A DNA stretch of 64,000 bases from Ascoidea asiatica JCM 7603. Lineage: Eukaryota > Fungi > Ascomycota. The translations under genes were made by a program, and so were the position numbers. Within the stretch, counting starts at the first letter, position 1. Every line of letters begins with the position of its first letter. The stretch is taken from assembly GCA_001600695.1 (NCBI GenBank), contig BCKQ01000015.1, positions 112,028 through 176,027 of the forward strand, in the 5' to 3' direction. Under the pieces are notes generated by a model that worked only from the letters and a program-made list of their open reading frames with translations, had not been told where the DNA came from and did no database searches. Shown piece by piece: positions 23,128-35,185 of this stretch.

Positions 23128-26100
23128 ATGAATATAAACCAAAGGTTTTACAAAAGGAATCTTTTGATTCTTGGTGATCAGAACATTGGCAAAACTACTT
23201 TTTTATTGAATTTGCAAGACGAAATAAATAATACAAATGGTTTGATCAGTTCCAAAGGGTTTGTTAGTACCAATGTTTCATCTCAATCAGAATTCAAAAG
23301 TAATTTGGATAGGGTTGACAAGCTCAGGAATTCAATTTCATCTGATTTGAATCAAATCAGACTTGACTGTAATAGTTCTTTGGACTCAGTTTCTTCTATT
23401 AATTCAAATTCTTTCATGAGCTCGGAAAGTTCTCTTAATTCTACAGTTTTCTATAATTCATTTAATTTAATCAACTCAATAGACCCTGATGATGCAAAAA
23501 GTTCGAAAAATAAAGATATGTATATTGAAAAATCGAATTTTGATTTCAATCTAGATAAAAATACATTAGTATCATTTGATTGTACAATATTAAATATCAA
23601 TAACTACTTCAAAAATGGTATTCAAACTTCACCTATTTCCCATAAGAATATTTCAGAAGTTTTTGAGAATGAATTAAATCAAGATTTAGTAATTCCAAAT
23701 TTAGTGTTTTTATGTTTTGCGAATGATTCTCTCACTTCATTTCAAAGCTTTGAAAATTATTATTTAAATTCACCTTTAATTCAACTTTTCATTTCCTTAA
23801 AAATCCCAATAATCTTAATTGGTTTAATTAATGATTTTAAAGATAATGCAGTAGATTATGAGAAATCAAAAAGATATAAATCAAGCCAACATCAACTTCA
23901 CAGTCAAAATCAAAATCAAAATTTTCCCAATACAGAAATTATTAATCGTTTACTTCAACAAAATAAAGATATCATCAAAACTTATTTTCCTATTTCGTAT
24001 ATTAGAAATGAAGAAGATTATTTGAATTTTCAAAATGTGCTAAAGTATTCTTCGAAATTAATTCTTGATTCAGAAATTGAGTCCAAAACTAATAAATATT
24101 TAAGTTTTAAAGACAAATTATTTGGAGGATTAAAATTTTTATCATTCAATATCAATTATTTTATCACTGACTTAAGGGATAAATTTGATGATTACATTAT
24201 GAGCCTTAATAGACTGAAAATGGCTTTTTATTACAATACTTCTTATTCTTTATCAAATGATTTATTCAATTCATATACTGAATTCAATAGAATTTTGATT
24301 AACTTCTTAAATGAAATTTATATAAATTCTAGTCTCTTAAAAATGATTTTACAAATTCAAAAATTTTTCTCAAATTTTTCTTTCGATTTCGGAAAGAATA
24401 CTTTTATATCAATTTTGAAAAAATTTTATGATTCAATAATTAATGTAGAAATATATTTGGATGTTTTTGATTCTAATTATAGTATAAATAGTGCAAATAT
24501 GAAAGAAATTGATGCTTTTAAATCATGGCAATCTAATTTACATCAAAAAAGTTTAAAATATCAAAATTTCAATTTTGATGAAAATTTATTTAAATCCTTA
24601 TGTAATGGAAGTAATTTTTTATCTTATTTATCAGATTATAGAGAACTTTTGATGCAAATTTTTAAAAATGAAATAAAAAAGCCAAAAATTAGAGACTTTC
24701 TTTTGAAGGAAGCCAGTAATATAAATGGATTTCGAAAAAATTTAATTAATTATATTAAAAAAAAAAAAACAGAAAAAGTTAAATCTTTAATTGAATTTAA
24801 TAATTTAAATTTATCAAAAGGGGAATTTATAAAAGAAGAGATTGAAGATGAAAAAACTTTTATGAACAATAATTATAACATTGAATTTCAAAAATTTTAT
24901 TCAATAGAAAGTTTTAGAACTGATGGTTCAATTGAGAAAAATAAAAGAAAAAAAATAGTATTATTATTCAATCAATTTTTTTTAATTTGTGAAATTAATT
25001 CAAACAATAATAAGTTTATATTAACAGAAAATTCTTTCAATATTTCAAATTTAAATAATAAATTAGATATAAATAATTTAATTATTTTTAATAATGATCA
25101 TTATTATACAATAATTGATCTAAAAAATTTTTTAAATCGAATTCCTGAGTTAAGTTATGAAAGTTATAATAATAGAATTCAAAATGGTGAACCATCTCTT
25201 TTGAAAAAAAATATTCAAAAATTATTATTAGTTCAATTTGATAATAAAAATCCAGGTATTTCATTTAGATTAAAGAATTTTAAATTAATAAGTTCAATAA
25301 GTAAATTTAATAAAGAAAATGAAGGTGATATTTTAAGTTTTCCAAAAAAATATTTTATAAAAAATTCAAAAAATTATAATGAATTGAATGAATATAATAA
25401 TGAAAATGCATATTATAAAGAAATTATCTTAGAATTATTTCAATTGATTAATAGTTATAGTTCTCCATATTTAGTTGATTATATTCTTTATGATAAACTT
25501 GGGAATAGTAATTGTAATAGTTTTGATTGGATTGGATTTTGGGAAATTTCCAAAAGAGATTTAAAATTAAATAATTTTAATTTAATGAAGTATGAAATTG
25601 AAATAAATAATGGATTTTTTTTTTTATTTTATAGTCAAGTTCAACTTTATAAAGATATTAAAAAATTTATTAGTCTTGGAGAAAAATGTTTAAATTTTTG
25701 TTTAACAAAGATTAATAGAGAATATTTAAGAGATTTTTTAGTTAAATCCAAATTTTGGTTTCAAAATTTTTCTAGGATTTCAAATAATATTTATTTTAAA
25801 ATTTTACTAACATTAGCAGAAAATTTAGTTCAAAATGGACCAATATTTTATGGTTATTATATTGAATGTTATAAAGAATATTTTAAAGAAGCTTCAAAAT
25901 GTTGGCTAGATTTTATTGAAGATTTTGTTGAAGTTAATTTATATTATAGAATTGGACTTGTTTTAAAAGAAAATAATAATAAATCTGAGTTTATAATGAA
26001 TGAATTATTTGAATGGATTGATAATTTACAAGATCAAAATGAGAAATATCTTGTGAAAATGATGTTTCAATCACCATTTCAAAAACTTTTTCCAATATCA

Positions 26101-26616
26101 GCAAAATTTGAAGAATTATATAAACTTCTTGAAAAGAATGAAAAAAAAAACGAATCTATTATTTATTTTTGTAAAGAAACTAAAGCTAAAGCATATCAAT
26201 TTCAAAATGTTTGTGATCATGGATTTGGTATTAAAAGTATTCAAGCAATTAAAAATATTATTCATCCTAATTCAAGTAATCTAATTTCAGGTATTAATTT
26301 TAATAATATTAATCTTTATCTTTCTTCTATAGTTTATGGATTTTATAAGAAAAAAAAACAAAAAATTCCAATTATAATTTTAGTATTATCAGAAGCAATA
26401 ATAATAACAGAAATTAGATGGGATAAATTGATTCCAATAAGAAATTCAATTTCAGTACAGAAATCAGAAATTGAAATAATTTCCTCTTCAAATACAACTT
26501 CCAAAATTAAAATTTATGATGATACAAATTATTCAAATTGTGAATATTATATTGAGTTTTTAGAGCATAAACTCTTGAAACCAATTAATGATATCAAAGC
26601 AAACAAAAAATATTGA
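23128..26616 (+). CDS. 1162-aa protein: degenerate Rho-like GTPase domain followed by putative DH/PH-like regions
   Basis: LLILGDQNIGKTT P-loop; LVFLCFANDSLTSF and IPIILIG resemble Rho. PFQKLFP...ELYK (DH-like) and IVLLFNQFFLICE (PH-like) are weak matches. Confidence 0.6.
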   Translation: MNINQRFYKRNLLILGDQNIGKTTFLLNLQDEINNTNGLISSKGFVSTNVSSQSEFKSNLDRVDKLRNSISSDLNQIRLDCNSSLDSVSSINSNSFMSSESSLNSTVFYNSFNLINSIDPDDAKSSKNKDMYIEKSNFDFNLDKNTLVSFDCTILNINNYFKNGIQTSPISHKNISEVFENELNQDLVIPNLVFLCFANDSLTSFQSFENYYLNSPLIQLFISLKIPIILIGLINDFKDNAVDYEKSKRYKSSQHQLHSQNQNQNFPNTEIINRLLQQNKDIIKTYFPISYIRNEEDYLNFQNVLKYSSKLILDSEIESKTNKYLSFKDKLFGGLKFLSFNINYFITDLRDKFDDYIMSLNRLKMAFYYNTSYSLSNDLFNSYTEFNRILINFLNEIYINSSLLKMILQIQKFFSNFSFDFGKNTFISILKKFYDSIINVEIYLDVFDSNYSINSANMKEIDAFKSWQSNLHQKSLKYQNFNFDENLFKSLCNGSNFLSYLSDYRELLMQIFKNEIKKPKIRDFLLKEASNINGFRKNLINYIKKKKTEKVKSLIEFNNLNLSKGEFIKEEIEDEKTFMNNNYNIEFQKFYSIESFRTDGSIEKNKRKKIVLLFNQFFLICEINSNNNKFILTENSFNISNLNNKLDINNLIIFNNDHYYTIIDLKNFLNRIPELSYESYNNRIQNGEPSLLKKNIQKLLLVQFDNKNPGISFRLKNFKLISSISKFNKENEGDILSFPKKYFIKNSKNYNELNEYNNENAYYKEIILELFQLINSYSSPYLVDYILYDKLGNSNCNSFDWIGFWEISKRDLKLNNFNLMKYEIEINNGFFFLFYSQVQLYKDIKKFISLGEKCLNFCLTKINREYLRDFLVKSKFWFQNFSRISNNIYFKILLTLAENLVQNGPIFYGYYIECYKEYFKEASKCWLDFIEDFVEVNLYYRIGLVLKENNNKSEFIMNELFEWIDNLQDQNEKYLVKMMFQSPFQKLFPISAKFEELYKLLEKNEKKNESIIYFCKETKAKAYQFQNVCDHGFGIKSIQAIKNIIHPNSSNLISGINFNNINLYLSSIVYGFYKKKKQKIPIIILVLSEAIIITEIRWDKLIPIRNSISVQKSEIEIISSSNTTSKIKIYDDTNYSNCEYYIEFLEHKLLKPINDIKANKKY

Positions 26617-26833
26617 TGTTTATCAGAATAAAGTGATGTAGTTTTAGGTTATAAAAGAAAAATCTCAAATGATTACCTTTTCTAAATCAACATTCAGTTT
26701 TATCATTTCTTTGTCTTAATAGAAATAATAAATAATTGCAAAAGTAGATTACTCACAAACCAGGAATTTAAGTCCAAATTCAGTTGTACAAACAAAATTA
26801 AAACGAGAAAAGGAAACAGAAAAAAAAAATATT

Positions 26834-26936
26834 CGTTACAGACAGGATTCGAACCTGCGCAGGATGAACCCAATGCCTGAACTGCTTTACACTGGGAATT
26901 AGCAGGGCATCGCCTTAACCTCTCGGCCACTGTAAC
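26834..26936 (-). tRNA. tRNA-Ser(GCU) with intron
   Basis: GTTACAGTGGCCGAGAGGTTAAGGCGATGCCCTGCTA-intron-AGGCATTGGGTTCATCCTGCGCAGGTTCGAATCCTGTCTGTAACG; long variable arm. Confidence 0.95.
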
Positions 26937-27306
26937 CAAGAATTGGAGTACCCAAGTCTGCAGCTAGCTGTACGCTGTTTTTTTGGTTTCGGAAAAACTC
27001 GAACTTAATTCTAAACTATAAATAAAACTTACATTGGAATACTGCTTTTGACATTTTTGTGCACTATTTAGGATAGACTGAGAAAGCTTTTCGAAATAGC
27101 CAGTAAAAGAACTTCAGAACTGCAGATTACACAAATTTCCAGGTGTGACAAAAATTAATTAGGAGACAGTTCAAAAATATTCAAATAATCATACAAGTAC
27201 CCCAGAGAAAGACAGAATTGGAATCTGGTACTACTATTTGAAGAAATATCTAATAATTTTTTTGTCAAAAAAGCATATTTGAAAAGAAAAACAATATTTC
27301 TGATAA

Positions 27307-29319
27307 TTAGGTGGTACTACCACTTTTTGGATTTGGTTCATCAACTTTCATACTCTCGATATCCTCAAATTTTATAATTGTATAATAAACTTTTCCTAAT
27401 TCATTCATCCCTGAAAATTCAATAAGATGCTTAGAAAGATTTATTCTTTGTAAATAAATTTGGAAATCAATTCCAGGAACAACAAATTTAGTTGAAAGTA
27501 ATGCTTCTTGAACTTCATTAAAATTTGTAAGCCAATATACAATATTTTTATTTTCAGGAAAATCAATCTGAAATTGATTTAATTTTTTTAAAAGTTTTAA
27601 TTCATTAAGTTTAAAATCTTTAAATCTTTTAATTTTATTTTCTGTTAAATTTAATGAATTAAGATTAATTAAATTATTGAGATTTTTAACTTCATATATT
27701 GAATTCCAACTTAAATCTAAAGATTTTAAATTACTTAAATGATTTAAATTAGAAATTTTATTAATTTTATTATGAGATAAATTTAAATATCTTAAATTTG
27801 ATAATTTATCATTTTCAATATCTATAACTTCAATTAAATTTCCAGAAATATCTAATTCTTTTAAATTTTTTAATTTTGATAAATGTTTCATAGAAGAAAT
27901 TTTATTCCATGATAAAGATAAAGATATTAAATTATTTAAATTATTGATATTTTCCAAATTTTCAATTAAATTATTTTTTAATTCTAGAATTTTTAGATTA
28001 AATAAATTATTCAAATTTTTCAAATCTTTAATTTTATTATTTGATAATTTTAATACTTTTAAATTATTTAAATTTAAAAAATCAAAAGAAATTTCATTAA
28101 TTGAATTTGATTCTAAATTTAAATGAAAAAGATTTTTTAAATATTTTAAATTTTCAATTTTATCTAATGAATTGTAAGATAAATCAAGTAATTTTAAATT
28201 TTTGTAACAATTTTTTTTCAAACTAAATTTAAATTGATTAACATCATTATTTTTAAAATATAAAAATTTTAAATTATTAATAGTATTTAATTGTTTAAAA
28301 ACCTGAAAATTATTATTGAAAGAATTACTTGAAAGAGAAAGGATTTTGATTTTTTTTAAAAAATTTAAATTTTTTAATTCAAAAAGATTATTACCATCTA
28401 AATATAACTTTTCAATTTTATTATTAAGATTATCAAAAATAGTCAAAAAATTCAAATCTGAAATTTTATTTTGATTAAAATTTAAAAATTTTAAATTAAT
28501 TTTTGAAGAATTTAAAGTATTTTTTTGTATACAAGAAATAGAATTGAAGCTCAAATCTAAAGATTTTAACTTAAATAAATAAATAAAACAATTTTGATTT
28601 AAAAATGAAATTTGATTTTTAGATAAGTTTAAATATTTTAAATTAATTAATTGATTTAATTGAATTGGAATAGTTGATAAGTTTATATCAGATAAAGTTA
28701 AATTTGTTAAATGATATAAATTGAAAATTATATTACGAAATTCTGGATTTAAATTTGTAGAAGAATATATTTTAAGCCTTTTAAGTCTTTTGAATTTTTG
28801 AGAGACTTTAGAAATAAGTTCTAAAGATATTGATTGTGATTGAAATTGAATTAAATTTAAAGATTTTAAATTTTCATTGATAATAGAATTAATTATAATA
28901 TTTTGATTATTTAATAAATTAGAAAAATAAAGAGAATCTAAATTTATTATATATAAATTTTTAAGATTTAAAAATATATTTTTTGTTTGGATTGTAATTG
29001 TAAAAATTTTATATAAAAATAAATCACCAATTAAAATATTTTGATAATTATTAATCCATTTTATTTTTGATTTAAAAGTTGTAATATTATAAAAATCATC
29101 TTTTAAAATTAAAATATTTTTAAATTTGAATAATTTTCCATTAATTATATTTTCATAAGTTAAATCAGTAAAATAAATAAAAAAATAAGTAACTGAATTT
29201 AATTTTTGAATTGAAGCATTATAAATATTGATATTATCGGATAACGTAAATAACCAAGATATTCCAAGTGAAAGAGTATTGAATATTTTATTTAATATAT
29301 GAGAAGGATAATTTAACAT
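27307..29319 (-). CDS. Leucine-rich-repeat protein (SDS22-type LRRs) with F-box-like N-terminus
   Basis: Many LxxLxxLxLSxNxI repeats; ATG at 29319 (MLNYPSHILNKIFN). Confidence 0.9.
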   Translation of the reverse strand: MLNYPSHILNKIFNTLSLGISWLFTLSDNINIYNASIQKLNSVTYFFIYFTDLTYENIINGKLFKFKNILILKDDFYNITTFKSKIKWINNYQNILIGDLFLYKIFTITIQTKNIFLNLKNLYIINLDSLYFSNLLNNQNIIINSIINENLKSLNLIQFQSQSISLELISKVSQKFKRLKRLKIYSSTNLNPEFRNIIFNLYHLTNLTLSDINLSTIPIQLNQLINLKYLNLSKNQISFLNQNCFIYLFKLKSLDLSFNSISCIQKNTLNSSKINLKFLNFNQNKISDLNFLTIFDNLNNKIEKLYLDGNNLFELKNLNFLKKIKILSLSSNSFNNNFQVFKQLNTINNLKFLYFKNNDVNQFKFSLKKNCYKNLKLLDLSYNSLDKIENLKYLKNLFHLNLESNSINEISFDFLNLNNLKVLKLSNNKIKDLKNLNNLFNLKILELKNNLIENLENINNLNNLISLSLSWNKISSMKHLSKLKNLKELDISGNLIEVIDIENDKLSNLRYLNLSHNKINKISNLNHLSNLKSLDLSWNSIYEVKNLNNLINLNSLNLTENKIKRFKDFKLNELKLLKKLNQFQIDFPENKNIVYWLTNFNEVQEALLSTKFVVPGIDFQIYLQRINLSKHLIEFSGMNELGKVYYTIIKFEDIESMKVDEPNPKSGSTT

Positions 29320-29933
29320 TTTTTTGAATTTCAAAAAAAAGAAATAAAATAACACAATCTGAGGCTTCAACTCATAATACTTTGAGAAGGTTTATTGAAA
29401 CAGATATTAAAGTTATAAGATTATTGTAGCATCAAAGTATTATATTTTAAATAAGTCAAAGTTTTTACATTGATTTTCTTCAATATTTAAAAAGAAAAAC
29501 AGAACACACATATTCAAGTCTCATAAAGTGTTGGTGAATCCCCCTCTGGGTTGAAAACTGCTCAGAGACATGAAGAAGAAATAAACGATCATAAATCTAG
29601 ATATGAAAATTGTTTCTGAAAGTAACAAACCCAAGTAGCACTTCAGCACAAGGTACCAGACTCTTATTCAACACTACTTTCTTGCAGTGTTTATAATCTC
29701 AACCCCCTTATCGAATACTGCATTCCTTATAAGCATCATAATCACCCCTTACATTCATTTGCAATCATCTCATGAAACTAAAGTGTTATTGTTATCACCA
29801 TCATCATCATCATCATTATTATTATTATTATTATTATCTTTGTGTAAATATATATTTATTTCCCTTTGCTTTGATTCCATTGTTTTGTTGCCACTGGAAT
29901 TTATTTTTTTATAGTTTTATCAGTTTTTATGAG

Positions 29934-30065
29934 TACGTAAGCAATTACGTAATGATTATGTAAGATATTAGGTAATATTGATTATGTAAGCAATTATGTA
30001 AAACGGTTTTGTGTTTGTGGATCTGTTTCCTGATAGTGGACATAAAATCCGTTTGTTCACGTGAC
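29934..30065. promoter_or_regulatory. Array of six TTA(C/T)GTAA-like sites at about 12-bp spacing plus TCACGTGAC, in the divergent LRR/BMT2 promoter
   Basis: Sites near 29934, 29945, 29956, 29968, 29982 and 29994. Confidence 0.5.
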
Positions 30066-30258
30066 TACCCGATAAAAATGTAAGAGAAAAAAATATTTCT
30101 TTGTTTTATTGTCAAATATTTTAATTTTAAAGGTACTTTTTTTTAGTTTGTAAGTAGACCCTGGAATTGAAATATTTTTATATTCATATATTTATAGGTT
30201 CACCAGGGATATTCAATTGGATTCAAGCAAGAAATCAAACAAACAGGTATTTCAAGAG

Positions 30259-31392
30259 ATGGGTAAAGGTAAGAAAAGCAAGAAGCTTACTTTTTTTAAT
30301 AGTCGCTCTAAGTCTATCACAAATAATGATACTAAAGTTCATATACCAAGAACTGTTAAACCAGAAAATGGAAGAAAATTAATAAGAAGATTTCATTTAT
30401 TAATTAAAATTAAATCAAAAATATTAAGTAGAATTTCTCATAATGATCTGAAATTTAAAGAATTAAGTTCAATTGATTTAATAAAAACTGAATATAATAA
30501 TAAAAATATTATATTAAAACTAATAACTAAAAATGATCATTATTATGAAATTTTTATAAAATCAAAAAACAAATTTAAAAAAATTTCTGAAATTAAAAAT
30601 AAAATTAAAGATGAAAATTTGAGTGAAATTGATAAAATTGTAAATTATGATGAATTATATAGAATCTTAGGAGAAATTGACGCTGAAATTTATCTTTCTG
30701 GTGGTTTAAATACTTATCAAATTGCTTCAATTCATGGTCAAGATAATAATAGAGGTGGTGATTCTTCAAAAAAATTAGTAACTTGGTTAAATGAATTAGA
30801 TATAACTACAAATAACATCAATGAAAAAAATTCCCTAAATTTATCAATGTTAGAAATTGGTTCTTTAAATTTTGATAATAATATCTCAAAATCAAAATTA
30901 TTTAATAATATTACAAGAATTGATTTAAATCCAACTGATTCAAGAATAATTAAAAAAGATTTTATGAATTTTGAAATAAATTCAAATAATAAATTCGATT
31001 TAATAAGTTGTTCTTTAGTATTAAATTTTATCTCCGATTCTAATATTAGAGGTCAAATGTTAAAAAGAATTTGTTCTTTCCTAAAAATCAATGAACAAAA
31101 TTCAAATTTAAATTCAAATTCAAATTCATTTCCATTTTTATTTTTAGTATTACCTTTACCTTGTATTAATAATTCAAGATATATGAATAAAGATATTTTA
31201 ATAAATTCAATAATGAAACCATTAAATTTTACTTTATCTAAATCTTATGAATCAACTAAATTATCATATACTCTTTGGACTTGGAATGGTTTTACCAAAG
31301 ATACTGAACAAAATTTTGAAAAAGTTAAATATTCTAAAAAAGAAGTTCGATCTGGTTCAAAAAGGAATAACTTCTTAATTATCTTCACTTAA
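30259..31392 (+). CDS. BMT2: 25S rRNA (adenine-N1)-methyltransferase
   Basis: RKLIRRFHLL, GGLNTYQIAS, RGGDSSK, LEIGSL, RIDLN, FDLISCSLVLNF, RGQML, LPLPCINNSRY. Confidence 0.93.
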   Translation: MGKGKKSKKLTFFNSRSKSITNNDTKVHIPRTVKPENGRKLIRRFHLLIKIKSKILSRISHNDLKFKELSSIDLIKTEYNNKNIILKLITKNDHYYEIFIKSKNKFKKISEIKNKIKDENLSEIDKIVNYDELYRILGEIDAEIYLSGGLNTYQIASIHGQDNNRGGDSSKKLVTWLNELDITTNNINEKNSLNLSMLEIGSLNFDNNISKSKLFNNITRIDLNPTDSRIIKKDFMNFEINSNNKFDLISCSLVLNFISDSNIRGQMLKRICSFLKINEQNSNLNSNSNSFPFLFLVLPLPCINNSRYMNKDILINSIMKPLNFTLSKSYESTKLSYTLWTWNGFTKDTEQNFEKVKYSKKEVRSGSKRNNFLIIFT

Positions 31393-32203
31393 TCAATTAT
31401 ATTATAATTTATATACACAAAAAAACAATTGAAAAATTAAAAAATCTAGCATTATTTTTCTCATAAAAAAATAAATATAAATAAATTATAAAAGAAATGA
31501 AAAATCGAAATTTATTGAGCTAATGTCTTATAATATGAATACCAATTAAACTATTCAGGCAAATAATTGCAAATTGTGATTATGAAATGTATAAAAAATT
31601 TTGATTGTCTGTATTAAAAAATATCTGAAAGTATTATACAAAACAAGAAATATAACTCATTTTATATATTTTTCTTAAAAGTTATATAATCTAATATTTC
31701 TTATTTGATTAACCTTTTTATGACAGTTCTGATAAGGTTAAACTCTTATTTAAAAAAAGCTCAAATTTGAAAATGAAATCCATGAAGAACATGGCTTTAA
31801 TAGTTTAGATTCATTTTCTTTTCTCTTTTTTTGTTTGATTTTTGATTTCTAGTTTGGAGAAGTATTTTTGTTGATTTAATGATCTTTGAGAATCTCAACG
31901 TTTTAACTAATAGAATCAATTCTATTTCAACAGTCAAAATTAACAATATTATGAAAAGTTATCTTTAAATAATTAACTTTAATATAGTTAAAAGTTTATG
32001 TAATAATTTACAACAGAAGAACGAAAATTTTTCAAGATTATTGAATACCTGAATCTAATAATTTTAATTTAAAAAAAAAAAAATAATATATAAAATAAGT
32101 AACTAAAAATATTAAAAAAATAAGATAAACAAATAAATAATTTATTCTCTATAATGTACAGTAAACATTGTTATGAAAAAAAAAAAATGTTGAACATGTT
32201 TAA

Positions 32204-34489
32204 TTAAGCAGGAATAATTTCCCTTTTATCAGTTAATATATTAGAAGTATCTTCTTCTGTTTTTAATTCAATTTCAATTTCTTGTTTTGAGGATTCCATT
32301 TCTGATTGAATTATTTTTTCCTCTTCTTTATGTTTTACCTCCTCTTCTTTTAGTTTTTCCTCTTCTTCTTCTTCTTCTTTTTTAAGTTGTTTAAATCTTT
32401 CGTAGAATTGAATATCTTCAGTAACAATAGTATGAGTATGACCTGGAGCATTCAAAGCTTTTCCATGAGCATCTTCTGTACAAAATGATAATGATAAAAA
32501 CCAAGGATCCTTATAAATATCTTCCATTGTTGCTCTTTTAGTATGATCAACTTCTAAAATTCTTGAAATTATTGGTCTTGCAGCATGAGGTAATAATCTC
32601 ATTAATCTATATGGACCTTCAAGTGGTTTTCTCTTTTGACAACCTGTTGTATTAGTTAATGGTTGTTTTTGTGAATTATTTCCAATTTCATTAACTTTTT
32701 CTGTTGATTTATTTGAAGATTTATCTATTTTATTGTTAATTAATCCATCAGATTTAATAGATTTATCTGATTTTGCCAAAGAATCAGTTGAAATATCAAG
32801 ATGTTTTTCAACACTATTATCATCCGAACATTTAATTGTTTCAATTGTTTTATTCAATTCATTATTAGTTTTTTGATGAATAGTTTCTTTCATTGATGGT
32901 GTTAATGTTGTAATTATATCAACATCTTTTTCATTGATTGTTTTGTTTTCAATTTCTGTAGTACATACACAAGAAGATATAGTTTGATTATTACTTTCAT
33001 CATCATTATTATCATCTTGTTCCTCTTTTATTGAATTTATTTTAGTTTTGGAGTTATTAATATTAATAATATTGTTAAAATTAGTTTTTTTTTCTTTATT
33101 TTCAATATTTTCATCACTTTCTTCAATATTAACTTTTATCTTTAATTCATCTTTTTTATCATTACTATTATCATTTTGGTCATTATTATTATTAATAATT
33201 TTATTTTCATCTGAAATAGTAGATTTAATTGTAGTTTTAATTTCAATAGATTTATTAATATTGTTTAAAATTTTTTTATCTTTAGGTTCAATATTTGTTT
33301 TTTCAATTTCTAATTCTTTTTGTTTTTCTTTTTCTTTTTCTTTTTCTTTTAATAATTTTTCTTGTCTTCTTTTATTAATTAATTTATGATGATCTTCAGC
33401 ACTTTTAATATAATCATGAGGATGTTCATCAGGAGATGAATATAATTTAAAAGAAGTATCATTTAAATCAGGTTTTTTCCATGGAAATCTTTTTAAAGTC
33501 ATACAACAATAAATTATACCTAAAGACCAAATATCAACAGGAGTTGCATCATATTCTATTTCAGATAAAACTTCTGGAGCTAAATATGGATCACTACCAA
33601 CAATACCTTTTGCTTTATGAGATTTATTTTCAAATGGATTTCTAAAAAGAAAAGCAGAACCAAAATCAATTAATTTTAAAATTCCATTAAAATTTACAAC
33701 ACAATTATCTAATTTTAAATCTCTATGAGCTAAACCATTTGAATGTAAATAATTTACACCAGAAATTATTTGTTTAAAAGTACAATTAATTTCACTTCTT
33801 GTCATTTTACCACTCATAACTACAGCAAAAAAATCAATTGGACAATATTCCATAATTTCAAAATATCTTGAATTTTGATCATTATGAATAATATCCATAG
33901 TTTTTATAACATTTGGATGATTTAAAGTACTTCCAACACAATATTCAGTTGTACATTTTTTACTATATTCTTTAATTGATTCATTTTTTTTTTTTGGTCT
34001 AAATTCTTTAACAGCAAAAGTTAAATTATCAGTTTCTCTTGTGATGACTCTAACAGAACCTCCAGCTCCAGAACCTAAGATTTTTCCAGATAATTCACCA
34101 TTTGTACCAATTAACCATTTATCATGATTTTTTTTATCCTTTAAAGGTTTACCATTATTGGAATTAGTATTTGTATTTGTATTGGTATTATGATTATTAT
34201 TATGATTTGGAGTTTGGTTATGGTTATGATTATGATTATGATTATGATTATGATGTTGGATATGATTATGATTGTTGTGATTGTGATTATTAATATTATT
34301 ATTATTATTATTAATATTAATAATATTTTTAGAATTTATAGATGAAGAAGATTTATTATGATGAGCGAATTTAAAGAAAGTTGAGATTGAAAGTGAAGAA
34401 CTATGAGAAAGATCTTTTGATAATTTATAATCATTATTGTTATTGTGGTTATTATTGTTATTATTATTATTATTAATATTTTGAATATG

Positions 34490-34521
<32 letters not shown>

Positions 34522-35185
34522 TTAAAGAAGAAGAACTATTTGAATGAATTGAATGTATTAAGTTATTATTATTATTATTATTATTATTATTTGAATGAGA
34601 TTTTAATTGAAAAGGTTTAAAGAATCTTTTTAATTCAACCATTGAAGAATTATTTGAATTATTAAAAATATTTAATTTTTCATTACTTGAATTATTTAAA
34701 TTATTTGAATATAATATATTTGTATTTGTATTTGTATTTGAATTTGTATTTGTATTTGAATTTGAATCAATTGGAGATTTTATTGAAGATTTTATTGAAG
34801 ATTTTATTGGAGAATTTTGAATTGAAGAAGGACAATTTTGATGAATATGAATATAATTTTTATTATTATTATTATGATTATGATTATGATTATTATTATT
34901 ATTATTATTATTATTATGATGAATGAAATTAATATTTAAAGAAGAATTTAAATTACTTGGAGAATTACTTAAATCATTTTCAATAATATCATTATTTGAA
35001 ATATTTGAAATATTTGAAATATTAGAAGAATTAGAAATATTTGAATTATTAGACATATTAATTGTATTTGAGATTGATTTAATTGAATTTTCAGAAATAT
35101 TAGTTGAATTTGAATGTCTTCTATGATGAGTTAAAGAAGAGAAAGAGAAACCTCTTGTAAAAGAAGGACGATCATTATGTGGCAT
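32204..35185 (-). CDS. HRK1: Npr/Hal-family Ser/Thr kinase (Hrk1/Rtk1-like) with long N/H-rich N-terminus
   Basis: [61 protein letters not shown]. Confidence 0.85.

Noticed and set aside
26703-26939. 78-aa ORF; also the possibility that this tRNA is a reassigned tRNA(CAG)
   Set aside because: The ORF is a translation of the tRNA gene; the anticodon is GCT (ordinary Ser)
33048-35126. Antisense ORFs within the HRK1-like kinase
   Set aside because: Shadow frames of low-complexity codons
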